From positions 248,001 through 312,000 of the forward strand of contig NIVC01000016.1 of the NCBI GenBank assembly GCA_002269645.1: 64,000 nucleotides of DNA. The letters run 5' to 3'. The notes under the pieces were generated by a model, which did no database searches, was not told the DNA's origin, and was given only the letters and a program-made list of their open reading frames with translations. The position numbers and the translations under genes were made by a program. Shown piece by piece: positions 12,585 through 25,325 of the stretch (positions within the stretch are counted from its first letter, which is position 1; every line of letters starts with the position of its first letter). Source of the DNA: Macrostomum lignano (Eukaryota).

Positions 12585-13172
12585 GAGGCAGGGGTAGGGG
12601 CACACAGGGGTAGAGGCACAGAGGGGTAGGGGCACACAGGGGTAGAGGCACAGAGGGGTAGAGGCACACAGGGGTAAAGGCATACAGGGGTAGGGGCACA
12701 CAGGGGTAGGGGCACACAGGGATAGAGGCATACAGGGGTAGAGGCACACAGGGGTAGAGGCATACAGGGGTAGGGGCACACAGGGGTAGAGGCACACAGG
12801 GGTAGAGGCACACAGGGGTAGGGGCACACAGGGGTAGAGGCATACAGGGGTAGAGGCACACAGGGGTAGGGGCACACAGGGGTAGAGGCACACAGGGGTA
12901 GGGGCACACAGGGATAGAGGCATACAGGGGTAGAGGCACACAGGGGTAGAGGCATACAGGGGTAGGGGCACACAGGGGTAGGGGCACACAGGGGTAGAGG
13001 CATACAGGGGTAGAGGCACACAGGGGTAGAGGCATACAGGGGTAGGGGCACACAGGGGTAGAGGCACACAGGGGTAGAGGCACACAGGGGTAGGGGCACA
13101 CAGGGGTAGAGGCATACAGGGGTAGAGGCACACAGGGGTAGGGGCACACAGGGGTAGAGGCACACAGGGGTA
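12585..13172 (+). repeat. 16-bp minisatellite (GGGGTAGAGGCACACA) in GPCR intron 3
   Basis: Tandem array; source of the PVCLYPC low-complexity ORFs. Confidence 0.93.
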
Positions 13173-13626
13173 GCGGCCTATATGTTCTTTTCGCGTTTTC
13201 ATATTCAATTCGCTTCCATTTGAAGGGCAATTTCAAAGAGCAATCAGAACAGAACGCAGATTAAAAAGGCTTCTTCAAGAGAGAAACTGCACCTGAGATT
13301 AAATTACTCGGATCTTTATTAATCCTCAGACTACATCCTTCGTAGATAATGATATGGCAACGTTTGTTCTCAGCAGATGAAAGAGCCAGTTTAAAAAATG
13401 AGCCCCATCTCTTGGCTATTAAATGCATGTCTACAAAGAGACTCAAGAGTCGTTGATCGCCTTATTGTCTTCGTTTGTCAATTGGAAAATTTCAATTACA
13501 GTTTTAATCCGGAAGGACCTGAAGCAGGGATCGGTGAGAATAGAAACCGTCTGAGAGTGGCATGTTTTAAGGAAACGTTGAAATAAAGAACTAGTCCAAC
13601 GCTGGGGGAGGGAGTCATACATGTAA

Positions 13627-16600
13627 AGGCAGACAGCGGAGCTAGAAGGGAGAGAACGCAACTAGAAGGGAGAGAGCGGAACTAGAAGGGAGAGAGTGGA
13701 ACTAGAAGGGAGAGAGCGGAACTAGAGGGGAGAGAGCGGAACTAGAGGGGAGAGAGTGGAACTAGAAGGGAGAGAGTGGAACTAGAAGGGAGAGAGCGGA
13801 ACTAGAAGGGAGAGAGCGGAACTAGAAGGGAGAGAGCGGAACTAGAAGGGAGAGAGCGGAACTAGAAGGGAGGGAGTCGAACTACTCGTAAAAGGGAGGG
13901 AGGGAGCAGAATTATGATAAGAAGGGAGAGAGCGGAGCTAGAAGGGAGGGAGGGAGCAGAATTATGATAAGAAGGGAGAGAGCGGAGCTAGAAGGGAGGG
14001 AGGGAGCAGAATTATGATAAGAAGGGAGAGAGCGGAGCTAGAGGGAGGTAGGGAGCAGAATTATGATAAGAAGGGAGAGAGCGGAGCTAGAAGGGAGGGA
14101 GGGAGCATAATTATGATAAGAAGGGAGAGAGCGGAGCTAGAAGGGAGGGAGGGAGCAGAATTATGATAAGAAGGGAGAGAGCGGAGCTAGAGGGAGGGAG
14201 GGAGCAGAATTATGATAAGAAGGGAGAGAGCGGAGCTAGAGGGAGGGAGGGAGCAGAATTATGATAAGAAGGGAGAGAGCGGAGCTAGAAGGGAGGGAGG
14301 GAGCATAATTATGATAAGAAGGGAGAGAGCGGAGCTAGAAGGGAGGGAGGGAGCAGAATTATGATAAGAAGGGAGAGAGCGGAGCTAGAGGGAGGGAGGG
14401 AGCAGAATTATGATAAGAAGGGAGAGAGCGGAGCTAGAGGGAGGGAGGGAGCAGAATTATGATAAGAAGGGAGAGAGCGGAGCTAGAAGGGAGGGAGGGA
14501 GCAGAATTATGATAAGAAGGGAGAGAGCGGAGCTAGAGGGAGGGAGGGAGCAGAATTATGATAAGAAGGGAGAGAGCGGAGCTAGAATGGAGGGAGGGAG
14601 CAGAATTATGATAAGAAGGGAGAGAGCGGAGCTAGAGGGAGGGAGGGAGCAGAATTATGATAAGAAGGGAGAGAGCGGAGCTAGAATGGAGGGAGGGAGC
14701 AGAATTATGATAAGAAGGGAGAGAGCGGAGCTAGAGGGAGGGAGGGAGCAGAATTATGATAAGAAGGGAGAGAGCGGAGCTAGAGGGAGGGAGGGAGCAG
14801 AATTATGATAAGAAGGGAGAGAGCGGAGCTAGAAGGGAGGGAGGGAGCAGAATTATGATAAGAAGGGAGAGAGCGGAGCTAGAAGGGAGGGAGGAAGCAG
14901 AATTATGATAAGAAGGGAGAAAGCGGAGCTAGAAGGGAGGGAGGGAGCAGAATTATGATAAGAAGGGAGAGAGCGGAGCTAGAAGGGAGGGAGGGAGCAG
15001 AATTATGATAAGAAGGGAGAGAGCGGAGCTAGAAGGGAGGGAGGGAGCAGAATTATGATAAGAAGGGAGAGAGCGGAGCTAGAAGGGAGGGAGGGAGCAG
15101 AATTATGATAAGAAGGGAGAGAGCGGAGCTAGAAGGGAGGGAGGGAGCAGAATTATGATAAGAAGGGAGAGAGCGGAGCTAGAAGGGAGGGAGGGAGCAG
15201 AATTATGATAAGAAGGGAGAGAGCGGAGCTAGAAGGGAGGGAGGGAGCAGAATTATGATAAGAAGGGAGAGAGCGGAGCTAGAGGGAGGGAGGGAGCATA
15301 ATTATGATAAGAAGGGAGAGAGCGGAGCTAGAAGGGAGGGAGGGAGCAGAATTATGATAAGAAGGGAGAGAGCGGAGCTAGAAGGGAGGGAGGGAGCAGA
15401 ATTATGATAAGAAGGGAGAGAGCGGAGCTAGAGGGAGGGAGGGAGCAGAATTATGATAAGAAGGGAGAGAGCGGAGCTAGAATGGAGGGAGGGAGCAGAA
15501 TTATGATAAGAAGGGAGAGAGCGGAGCTAGAGGGAGGGAGGGAGCAGAATTATGATAAGAAGGGAGAGAGCGGAGCTAGAATGGAGGGAGGGAGCAGAAT
15601 TATGATAAGAAGGGAGAGAGCGGAGCTAGAGGGAGGGAGGGAGCAGAATTATGATAAGAAGGGAGAGAGCGGAGCTAGAGGGAGGGAGGGAGCAGAATTA
15701 TGATAAGAAGGGAGAGAGCGGAGCTAGAAGGGAGGGAGGGAGCATAATTATGATAAGAAGGGAGAGAGCGGAGCTAGAATGGAGGGAGGGAGCAGAATTA
15801 TGATAAGAAGGGAGAAAGCGGAGCTAGAAGGGAGGGAGGGAGCAGAATTATGATAAGAAGGGAGAGAGCGGAGCTAGAAGGGAGGGAGGGAGCAGAATTA
15901 TGATAAGAAGGGAGAGAGCGGAGCTAGAAGGGAGGGAGGGAGCAGAATTATGATAAGAAGGGAGAGAGCGGAGCTAGAAGGGAGGGAGGGAGCAGAATTA
16001 TGATAAGAAGGGAGAGAGCGGAGCTAGAAGGGAGGGAGGGAGCAGAATTATGATAAGAAGGGAGAGAGCGGAGCTAGAAGGGAGGGAGGGAGCAGAATTA
16101 TGATAAGAAGGGAGAGAGCGGAGCTAGAAGGGAGGGAGGGAGCAGAATTATGATAAGAAGGGAGAGAGCGGAGCTAGAGGGAGGGAGGGAGCATAATTAT
16201 GATAAGAAGGGAGAGAGCGGAGCTAGAAGGGAGGGAGGGAGCAGAATTATGATAAGAAGGGAGAGAGCGGAGCTAGAAGGGAGGGAGGGAGCAGAATTAT
16301 GATAAGAAGGGAGAGAGTGGAGCTAGAAGGGAGGGAGGGAGCAGAATTATGATAAGAAGGGAGAGAGCGGAGCTAGAAGGGAGGGAGGGAGCAGAATTAT
16401 GATAAGAAGGGAGAGAGCGGAGCTAGAAGGGAGGGAGGGAGCAGAATTATGATAAGAAGGGAGAGAGCGGAGCTAGAAGGGAGGGAGGGAGCAGAATTAT
16501 GATAAGAAGGGAGAGAGCGGAGCTAGAAGGGAGGGAGGGAGCAGAATTATGATAAGAAGGGAGAGAGTGGAGCTAGAAGGGAGGGAGGGAGCATAATTAT

Positions 16601-18970
16601 GATAAGAAGGGAGAGAGCGGAGCTAGAAGGGAGGGAGGGAGCAGAATTATGATAAGAAGGGAGAGAGCGGAGCTAGAAGGGAGGGAGGGAGCAGAATTAT
16701 GATAAGAAGGGAGAGAGCGGAGCTAGAAGGGAGGGAGGGAGCAGAATTATGATAAGAAGGGAGAGAGCGGAGCTAGAAGGGAGGGAGGAAGCAGAATTAT
16801 GATAAGAAGGGAGAGAGCGGAGCGAGAAGGGAGGGAGGGAGCAGAATTATGATAAGAAGGGAGAGAGCGGAGCTAGAGGGAGGGAGGGAGCAGAATTATG
16901 ATAAGAAGGGAGAGAGCGGAGCTAGAAGGGAGGGAGGGAGCAGAATTATGATAAGAAGGGAGAGAGCGGAGCTAGAAGGGAGGGAGGGAGCAGAATTATG
17001 ATAAGAAGGGAGAGAGCGGAGCTAGAAGGGAGGGAGGGAGCAGAATTATGATAAAAAGGGAGAGAGCGGAGCTAGAAGGGAGGGAGGGAGCAGAATTATG
17101 ATAAGAAGGGAGAGAGTGGAGCTAGAAGGGAGGGAGGGAGCATAATTATGATAAGAAGGGAGAGAGCGGAGCTAGAGGGAGGGAGGGAGCATAATTATGA
17201 TAAGAAGGGAGAGAGCGGAGCTAGAAGGGAGGGAGGGAGCAGAATTATGATAAGAAGGGAGAGAGCGGAGCTAGAAGGGAGGGAGGGAGCAGAATTATGA
17301 TAAGAAGGGAGAGAGCGGAGCTAGAAGGGAGGGAGGAGCATAATTATGATAAGAAGGGAGAGAGCGGAGCTAGAAGGGAGGGAGGAGCAGAAATATGATA
17401 AGAAGGGAGAGAGCGGAGCTAGAGGGAGGGAGGGAGCAGAATTATGATAAGAAGGGAGAGAGCGGAGCTAGAGGGAGGGAGGGAGCAGAATTATGATAAG
17501 AAGGGAGAGAGCGGAGCTAGAGGGAGGGAGGGAGCAGAATTATGATAAGAAGGGAGAGAGCGGAGCTAGAGGGAGGGAGGGAGCAGAATTATGATAAGAA
17601 GGGAGAGAGCGGAGCTAGAAGGGAGGGAGGAAGCAGAATTATGATAAGAAGGGAGAGAGTGGAGCTAGAAGGGAGGGAGGGAGCATAATTATGATAAGAA
17701 GGGAGAGAGCGGAGCTAGAGGGAGGGAGGGAGCATAATTATGATAAGAAGGGAGAGAGCGGAGCTAGAAGGGAGGGAGGGAGCAGAATTATGATAAGAAG
17801 GGAGAGAGCGGAGCTAGAAGGGAGGGAGGGAGCAGAATTATGATAAGAAGGGAGAGAGCGGAGCTAGAGGGAGGGAGGGAGCAGAATTATGATAAGAAGG
17901 GAGAGAGCGGAGCTAGAAGGGAGGGAGGGAGCAGAATTATGATAAGAAGGGAGAGAGCGGAGCTAGAGGGAGGGAGGGAGCAGAATTATGATAAGAAGGG
18001 AGAGAGCGGAGCTAGAGGGAGGGAGGGAGCAGAATTATGATAAGAAGGGAGAGAGCGGAGCTAGAAGGGAGGGAGGGAGCAGAATTATGATAAGAAGGGA
18101 GAGAGCGGAGCTAGAGGGAGGGAGGGAGCAGAATTATGATAAGAAGGGAGAGAGCGGAGCTAGAAGGGAGGGAGGGAGCAGAATTATGATAAGAAGGGAG
18201 AGAGCGGAGCTAGAGGGAGGGAGGGAGCAGAATTATGATAAGAAGGGAGAGAGCGGAGCTAGAGGGAGGGAGGGAGCAGAATTATGATAAGAAGGGAGAG
18301 AGCGGAGCTAGAAGGGAGGGAGGGAGCAGAATTATGATAAGAAGGGAGAGAGCGGAGCTAGAGGGAGGGAGGGAGCAGAATTATGATAAGAAGGGAGAGA
18401 GCGGAGCTAGAAGGGAGGGAGGGAGCAGAATTATGATAAGAAGGGAGAGAGCGGAGCTAGAGGGAGGGAGGGAGCAGAATTATGATAAGAAGGGAGAGAG
18501 CGGAGCTAGAGGGAGGGAGGGAGCAGAATTATGATAAGAAGGGAGAGAGCGGAGCTAGAAGGGAGGGAGGGAGCAGAATTATGATAAGAAGGGAGAGAGC
18601 GGAGCTAGAAGGGAGGGAGGGAGCATAATTATGATAAGAAGGGAGAGAGCGGAGCTAGAGGGAGGGAGGGAGCAGAATTATGATAAGAAGGGAGAGAGCG
18701 GAGCTAGAGGGAGGGAGGGAGCAGAATTATGATAAGAAGGGAGAGAGCGGAGCTAGAGGGAGGGAGGGAGCAGAATTATGATAAGAAGGGAGAGAGCGGA
18801 GCTAGAAGGGAGGGAGGGAGCAGAATTATGATAAGAAGGGAGAGAGCGGAGCTAGAAGGGAGGGAGGGAGCAGAATTATGATAAGAAGGGAGAGAGCGGA
18901 GCTAGAAGGGAGGGAGGGAGCAGAGTTATGATAAGAAGGGAGAGAGCGGAGCTAGTAGGCAGACAGCGGA
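13627..18970 (+). repeat. 5.3-kb satellite: 20-bp units followed by about 100 copies of a 49/50-bp unit, in GPCR intron 3
   Basis: Main unit GAAGGGAGAGAGCGGAGCTAGAAGGGAGGGAGGGAGCAGAATTATGATAA (~13890-18950), preceded by (ACTAGAAGGGAGAGAGCGGA)n. Confidence 0.97.
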
Positions 18971-20079
18971 ACCTATGGTCATAAAATTCTCGCAAAGTTT
19001 ACTAGGATTATAGGGATCAAGGAATCTGTAAAGCATCGGGAAGTTTCAGGAAAGCTCACCTACTATTCCAAACGGATCGGAGAAAATCTTGATTAGCAGG
19101 TCAGCAACGGCCAGATTGACCACGAACACGTTTCCCACGGACTGCAGCGGCTGCCGGTTTGGAGAGGTGGAAGAGTAACTGGGTGCTTTACTCCTAAGGG
19201 TGTTTCTCTTGCCAGGAAATGCATAATCTGGGAATTTGGCTAATTGCTTTCTGCTTGCTGGCGTGACACATACAAGCGCAACAATACAGTACGCAGGCAC
19301 ACACGCTCACACAGGGTGCACAGCAGCTCTGACTTTCTAATCGTCAGGTATGTACACTGTCTGTGCCGTGGGGGCTAGCCCTCGAATAGCACGACAACCC
19401 GCCGGCCAATTTATAGCGAGCAAACCTTCCACAAGCCCACAGCCAGAATGACCAGGACGTTGCCGATCGAGCCGAAGATGCAGCCCAGCAGCAGCACCGA
19501 TAGGCCGGGTACAGCGATTTCTGCAAAAAAAGGCACAAATTTGAATTGCTAATTTTGCAAGTATTTCAGCTAGCAAATGCAACATCTATTCCACAATAAA
19601 ATTACCTAGATACTCCAACGCAAGGAACGGCTCGGTGCCTGCATCTCCGGTGCTGTTGAAATCTGGGTTCGCTCGCTGTACTAATTCGGACAGTTCCATA
19701 TGGCAGCAGAGCAGGCGGGCAGGCAGCAGACACAGATATGAGTTCTGCCAGAGCGCATCCGAATTTCAAGGCTTCACTGGCAGTTCTCTCTCTAGCTTGA
19801 CGGTGATTCGCCTGTAGAAAGGATTTCCAAGGATTCCCCTAGGGACTCCGCAGCACAGCTGGGATAGCCTCAAACACTGACTGAGGCCATTAAAAAGGAA
19901 AGTCAGCTATAGATAAGATTCACAAAGCTATTAACAGAAAGAGAAACAAGTCATTGTGAGCCTGAAATCTTATGACTGCTTTGTTTGATTGAACTTTTCA
20001 ATACTGGCTCTGCGATGCATTTGCACTCATCTGCACTCATTAGAACTCATTTAATATTTAGCAGTGTATTCGTAACCTC

Positions 20080-20822
20080 ACCCATGAACTCACTCATTAA
20101 CTCACTTATAAACTCACTCATGAACTCCCTCATGAACTCACTCATGAACTCAATCATGGACTCACTCATGAACTCACTTATAAACTCACTCATGAACTCC
20201 CTCATGAACTCACTCATGAACTCAATCATGGACTCACTCATGAACTCCCTCATGAACTCACTCATGAACTCAATCATGGACTCACTCATGAACTCACTTA
20301 TAAACTCACTCATGAACTCCCTCATGAACTCACTCATGAACTCAATCATGGACTCACTCATGAACTCACTCATGAACTCACTCATGAACTCAATCATGGA
20401 CTCACTCATGAACTCACTTTTAAACTCACTCATGAACTCCCTCATGAACTCACTCATGAACTCAATCATGGACTCACTCATGAACTCACTCATGAACTCA
20501 CTCATGAACTCACTCATGGACTCACTCATGAACTCCCTCATGAACCCACTCATGAACTCACTCATGAACTCACTCATGAACTCACTCATGAACTCAGTCA
20601 TAAACTCACTCATGAACTCACTCATGAACTCACTCATGAACTCACTCATGAACTCAATCATGGACTCACTCATGAACTCACTCATGAACTCACTCATGAA
20701 CTCACTCATGAACTCACTCATGAACTCACTCATGAACTCACTCATGAACTCTATCATGAACTCCTTCATGAACTCACTCACGAACTCACTTATGAACTCC
20801 CTCGTGCACTCAGTCGTGAACT
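20080..20822 (+). repeat. 12-bp minisatellite (CATGAACTCACT) with 120-bp higher-order repeat
   Basis: The 60-nt blocks starting at 20161 and 20281 are identical. Confidence 0.95.
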
Positions 20823-21029
20823 CTGCATCGGTTTGTGCGAGCTGCTTACCGCCTTTAGTGCAAGGGGCTGTTTTGAGTGTTGGCTGTGTTGTGGGGTGGG
20901 TTGGTGTGTGGGCGATGGCTACGCGAGGACAAACTTTTGCGTCAGTTGCTGATGGCTGAATCAATTCCTCCGAGTCGATCGATCATCTCCGACATAATGC
21001 CGGAATCGAGAAAGGAGAGTCGAGATAAT

Positions 21030-23185
21030 AAAGAAGAGAGGAAAGGAGAGGAGAGGAGAGGAGAGGAGAGGAGAGGAGAGGAGAGGAGAGGAGAGGAGAG
21101 GAGAAGAGAGGAGAGGAGAGTGGAGAAAGCGAGGAGAGGAGAGGAGAGGAAAGAAGAGGAGAGAGAAGAGGAGAGAGAAGATGAGAGAGAAGAGGAGAGA
21201 GAAGAAAAGAGAGAAGAGGAGAGAGAAGAGGAGAGAGAAGAGGAGAGAGAAGAGGAGAGAGAAGAGGAGAGAGAAGAGGAGAGAGAAGAGGAGAGAGAAG
21301 AGGAGAGAGAAGAGGAGAGAGAAGAGGAGAGAGAAGAGGAGAGAGAAGAGGAGAGAGAAGAGGAGAGAGAAGAGGAGAGAGAAGAGGAGAGAGAAGAGGA
21401 GAGAGAAGAGGAGAGAGAAGAGGATATAAGATGAGAGAGAAGAGGATAGAAGATAAGAGAGAAGAGAAGAGAGAAGAGGAGAGAGAAGAGAAGAGAGAAG
21501 AGGAGAGAGAAGAAAAGAGAGAAGAGGAGAGAGGAGAAAAGAGAAGAGAGAAGAGGAGAGAGAAGAGAAGAGAGAAGAGGAGAGAGAAGAGAAGTGAGAA
21601 GAGGAGAGAGAAGAGGAGAGAGAAGAGGAGAGAGAAGAAGAGAGAGAAGAGGAGAGAGAAGAGGATAGAAGATGAGAGAGAAAAGAAGAGAGAAGAGGAG
21701 AGAGAAGAGGATAGAAGATGAGAGAGAAGAGAAGAGAGAAGAGGAGAGAGAAGAGGATAGAAGATGAGAGAGAAGAGAAGAGAGGAGAGGAGAGAGAAGA
21801 GGATAGAAGATGAGAGAGAAGAGAAGAGAGAAGAGGAGAGAGAAGAGAAGAGAGAAGAGGAGAGAGAAGAGGATAGAAGATGAGAGAGAAGAGGAGAGAG
21901 AAGAGGAGAGAGAAGAGGATAGAAGAGGAGAGAGAAGAGGAGAGAGAAGAGGAGAGAGAAGAGGAGAGAGAAGAGAAGAGAGAAGAGAAGAGAGAAGAGG
22001 AGAGAGAAGAGGAGAGAGAAGAGAAGAGAGAAGAGAAGAGAGAAGAGGAGAGAGAAGAGGAGAGAGAAGAGGAGAGAGAAGATGATAGAGAAGAGGATAG
22101 AAGATGAGAGAGAAGAGAAGAGAGAAGAGGAGAGAGAAGAGGATAGAAGATGAGAGAGAAGAGAAGAGAGAAGAGGAGAGAGAAGAGGATAGAAGATGAG
22201 AGAGAAGAGAAGAGAGAAGAGGAGAGAGAAGAGGATAGAAGATGAGAGAGAAGAGGAGAGAGAAGAGGAGAGAGAAGAGGAGAGAGAAGAGAAGAGAGAA
22301 GAGGAGAGAGAAGAGAAGAGAGAAGATGAGAGAGAAGAGAAGAGAGAAGAGGAGAGAGAAGAGGATAGAAGATGAGAGAGAAGAGAAGAGAGAAGAGGAG
22401 AGAGAAGAGAAGAGAGAAGAGGAGAGAGAAGAGGATAGAAGATGAGAGAGAAGAGAAGAGAGAAGAGGAGAGAGAAGAGGATAGAAGATGAGAGAGAAGA
22501 GAAGAGAGAAGAGGAGAGAGAAGAGGATAGAAGATGAGAGAGAAGAGAAGAGAGAAGAGGAGAGAGAAGAGAAGAGAGAAGAGGAGAGAGAAGAGGATAG
22601 AAGATGAGAGAGAAGAGGAGAGAGAAGAGGAGAGAGAAGAGGATAGAAGATGAGAGAGAAGAGAAGAGAGAAGAGGAGAGAGAAGAGAAGAGAGAAGAGG
22701 AGAGAGAAGAGGATAGAAGATGAGAGAGAAGAGGAGAGAGAAGAGGAGAGAGAAGAGGAGAGAGAAGAGGAGAGAGAAGAGGAGAGAGAAGAGAAGAGAG
22801 AAGAGGAGAGAGAAGAGGATAGAAGATGAGAGAGAAGAGGAGAGAGAAGAGGAGAGAGAAGAGGATAGAAGAGGAGAGAGAAGAGGAGAGAGAAGAGAAG
22901 AGAGAAGAGGAGAGAGAAGAGAAGAGAGAAGAGGAGAGAGAAGAGGAGAGAGAAGAGGAGAGAGAAGAGGAGAGAGAAGAGGAGAGAGAAGATGATAGAG
23001 AAGAGGATAGAAGATGAGAGAGAAGAGGAGAGAGAAGAGGAGAGAGAAGAGGAGAGAGAAGAGGAGAGAGAAGAGGAGAGAGAAGAGGATAGAAGAGGAG
23101 AGAGAAGAGGATAGAAGATGAGAGAGAAGAGAAGAGAGAGGAGAGAGGAGAGAAAAGAGAAGAGAGGACAGAGGAGATTAGAGAG
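21030..23185 (+). repeat. 2.1-kb polypurine GA-rich satellite (GAAGAGGAGAGA core)
   Basis: Almost exclusively G/A on the + strand, with GATAGAAGAT variants. Confidence 0.95.
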
Positions 23186-23769
23186 AAGGGAGCTGAGAAG
23201 AGGCACAAACCCCTTGCCGACCCCTACGCTACCGTGCTGGGCTGTCTGTTCAGGAGTTGAAATGCATCGGTGACTGGCGAAGTGATGCTGCCTGCCTTCC
23301 ATCTGCAGACTCTGTGCTGGCTGGTTCGCATTTTGCCGGTGCTTTTAGACATAATCGCCTTTGAGTGACATTTACATGTTGATTGCAAGGTTTCTATTTC
23401 TGCTCTTATCCCTCGCCTTAATACTTTTCTTTTTTGTAAATTCTCTCATTCGTTCGTTTATTTGTCGTAAGTTTGGCCTTGGAGGTGCATCCCTTTAGCC
23501 TTTCATCGCCTCGCCACACCATGCATCGGTTTGCGCGAGTTGCTAACTGCCTTTAGTGCAAGGGGGCTGTTTGGGCGTAGGCTGTGTTGTGGGTGGTGGG
23601 TGTGTTTCGCCACTTAGGCCGCCACCTTTGTGACTGCTAGAGTTTGTTCACTTTTTTAATTGTTTTCTTGCACAAAGGAATACCGTCCACCGACCTGGGG
23701 TGCATGCGCATCCCCCAGCCTTTCATTGCCTCGCCACACTCGATTGTCCTGGCCTCCCCTTCACGAAAC

Positions 23770-24282
23770 TCTTGAACTCTTTTATGAACTCCCTCATGAA
23801 TTTAGTCATGAACTCACTCATGAACTCACTCATAAACTCACTCATGAACTCACTCATAAACTCACTCATGAACTCACTCATAAACTCACTCATAAACTCA
23901 CTCATAAACTCACTCATAAACTCAGTCATAAACTCACTCATGAACTCACTCATGAACTTACTCATGAACTCACTCATGAACTCACTCATGAACTCACTCA
24001 TGAACTCACTCATAAACTCACTCATGAACTCACTCATGAACTCACTCATGAACTCACTCATGAACTCACTCATGAACTCACTCATGAACTCACTCATGAA
24101 CTCACTCATGAACTTACTCATGAACTCACTCATGAACTCAGTCATAAACTCACTCATGAACTCACTCATGAACTCACTCATGAACTCACTCATGAACTTA
24201 CTCATGAACTCACTCATGAACTCACTCATGAACTCACTCATGAACTCACTCATGAACTCAGTCATGAACTCACTCATGAAAT
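23770..24282 (+). repeat. Second array of the 12-bp CATGAACTCACT minisatellite
   Basis: Same unit and orientation as 20080-20822. Confidence 0.95.
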
Positions 24283-24639
24283 CAGTGTCAGAAGTCTGCC
24301 TATTTAGTCGCCAACTACGTACTAATGAACTGTTCCTAATTTAGAGTAAAAGGCCATTAATGGCTTTAGGCAATGAGGCATGCATGAAAGTACTTCCTTC
24401 AAAACAGCGCCCCTTATATTGAGGCTCGTTTGAGGTATAAGCTCGATCAATACGTCGCCCGGAGCAAAGATTCCATGTATCCCCAGCTAATTTTCTTCCT
24501 CTGTAAGTCGTTATAACTTGCGCAACTCCCAGGGGCATTACAGGTTCGAGCGTATTTTAGAGTCACATGATTTTGCAACAGAAATTTGGATAATTATAAT
24601 TCAGCTTCAAAACGAATGTAAATCTGGGAACTCACACCC

Positions 24640-25325
24640 ACTCCAGCTATCACTCCAGCTATCACTGCAGCTATCACTCCAGCTATCACTATAGCTATCA
24701 CTCCAGCTATCACTCCAGCTATCACTCCAGCTATCACTCCAGCTATCACTCCAGCTATCATGCCAGCTATCACTATAGCTATCACTCCAGCTATCACTCC
24801 AGCTATCACTCCAGCTATCACTCCAGCTATCACTCCAGTTTCACTCCAGCTTCACTGCAGCTATCACTCCAGCTATCACTCCAGCTATCACTCCAGCTAT
24901 TCACTCCAGCTATCACTCCAGTTTCACTCCAGCTTCACTGCAGCTATCACTCCAGCTATCACTATAGCTATCACTCCAGCTATCACTCCAGCTATCACTC
25001 CAGCTATCACTCCAGTTTCACTCCAGCTTCACTGCAGCTATCACTCCAGCTATCACTATAGCTATCACTCCAGCTATCACTCCAGCTATCACTCCAGCTA
25101 TCACTCCAGCTATCACTCCAGCTTCACTGCAGCTATCACTCCAGCTATCACTATAGCTATCACTCCAGCTATCACTCCAGCTATCACTCCAGCTATCACT
25201 CCAGCTATCACTCCAGCTATCACTCCAGCTATCACTCCAGCTATCACTCCAGCTATCACTCCAGCTATCACTCCAGCTATCACTCCAGCTATCACTCCAG
25301 TTTCACTTCAGCTTCACTCCAGCTA
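24640..25325 (+). repeat. 12-bp minisatellite (CCAGCTATCACT)
   Basis: Visible tandem array. Confidence 0.95.

Larger units (their letters stand above)
10940..19699 (-). pseudogene. Melatonin-receptor-like class A GPCR with an in-frame premature TAG (pseudogene, null allele or base error)
   Basis: Minus-strand exons 19699-19606 (MELSELVQRANPDFNSTG..., N-glycosylation sequon), 19520-19426 (TM1 GSIGNVLVILAV), 19150-19060 (TM2 GNVFVVNLAVADL), 12470-12034 (TM3 AVNRYVFIC to TM5) and 11326-10940 (TM6 CWTPY, TM7 NSTVNPVIY). Phases 1/0/1/0 are consistent. NRY in place of DRY is the melatonin-receptor hallmark. TAG at 12186-12184 lies in ECL2. Confidence 0.85.

Noticed and set aside
12471-13236. Pro/Cys-rich N-terminus on the GPCR ORF
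   Set aside because: Translation of the 16-bp intronic minisatellite upstream of the acceptor at 12471.
13890-18950. CRISPR-like array, or the repeated MIRRERAELEGG ORFs
   Set aside because: Contiguous tandem units with no unique spacers, no cas genes and a eukaryotic context. The ORFs arise from 49/50-bp unit phase.
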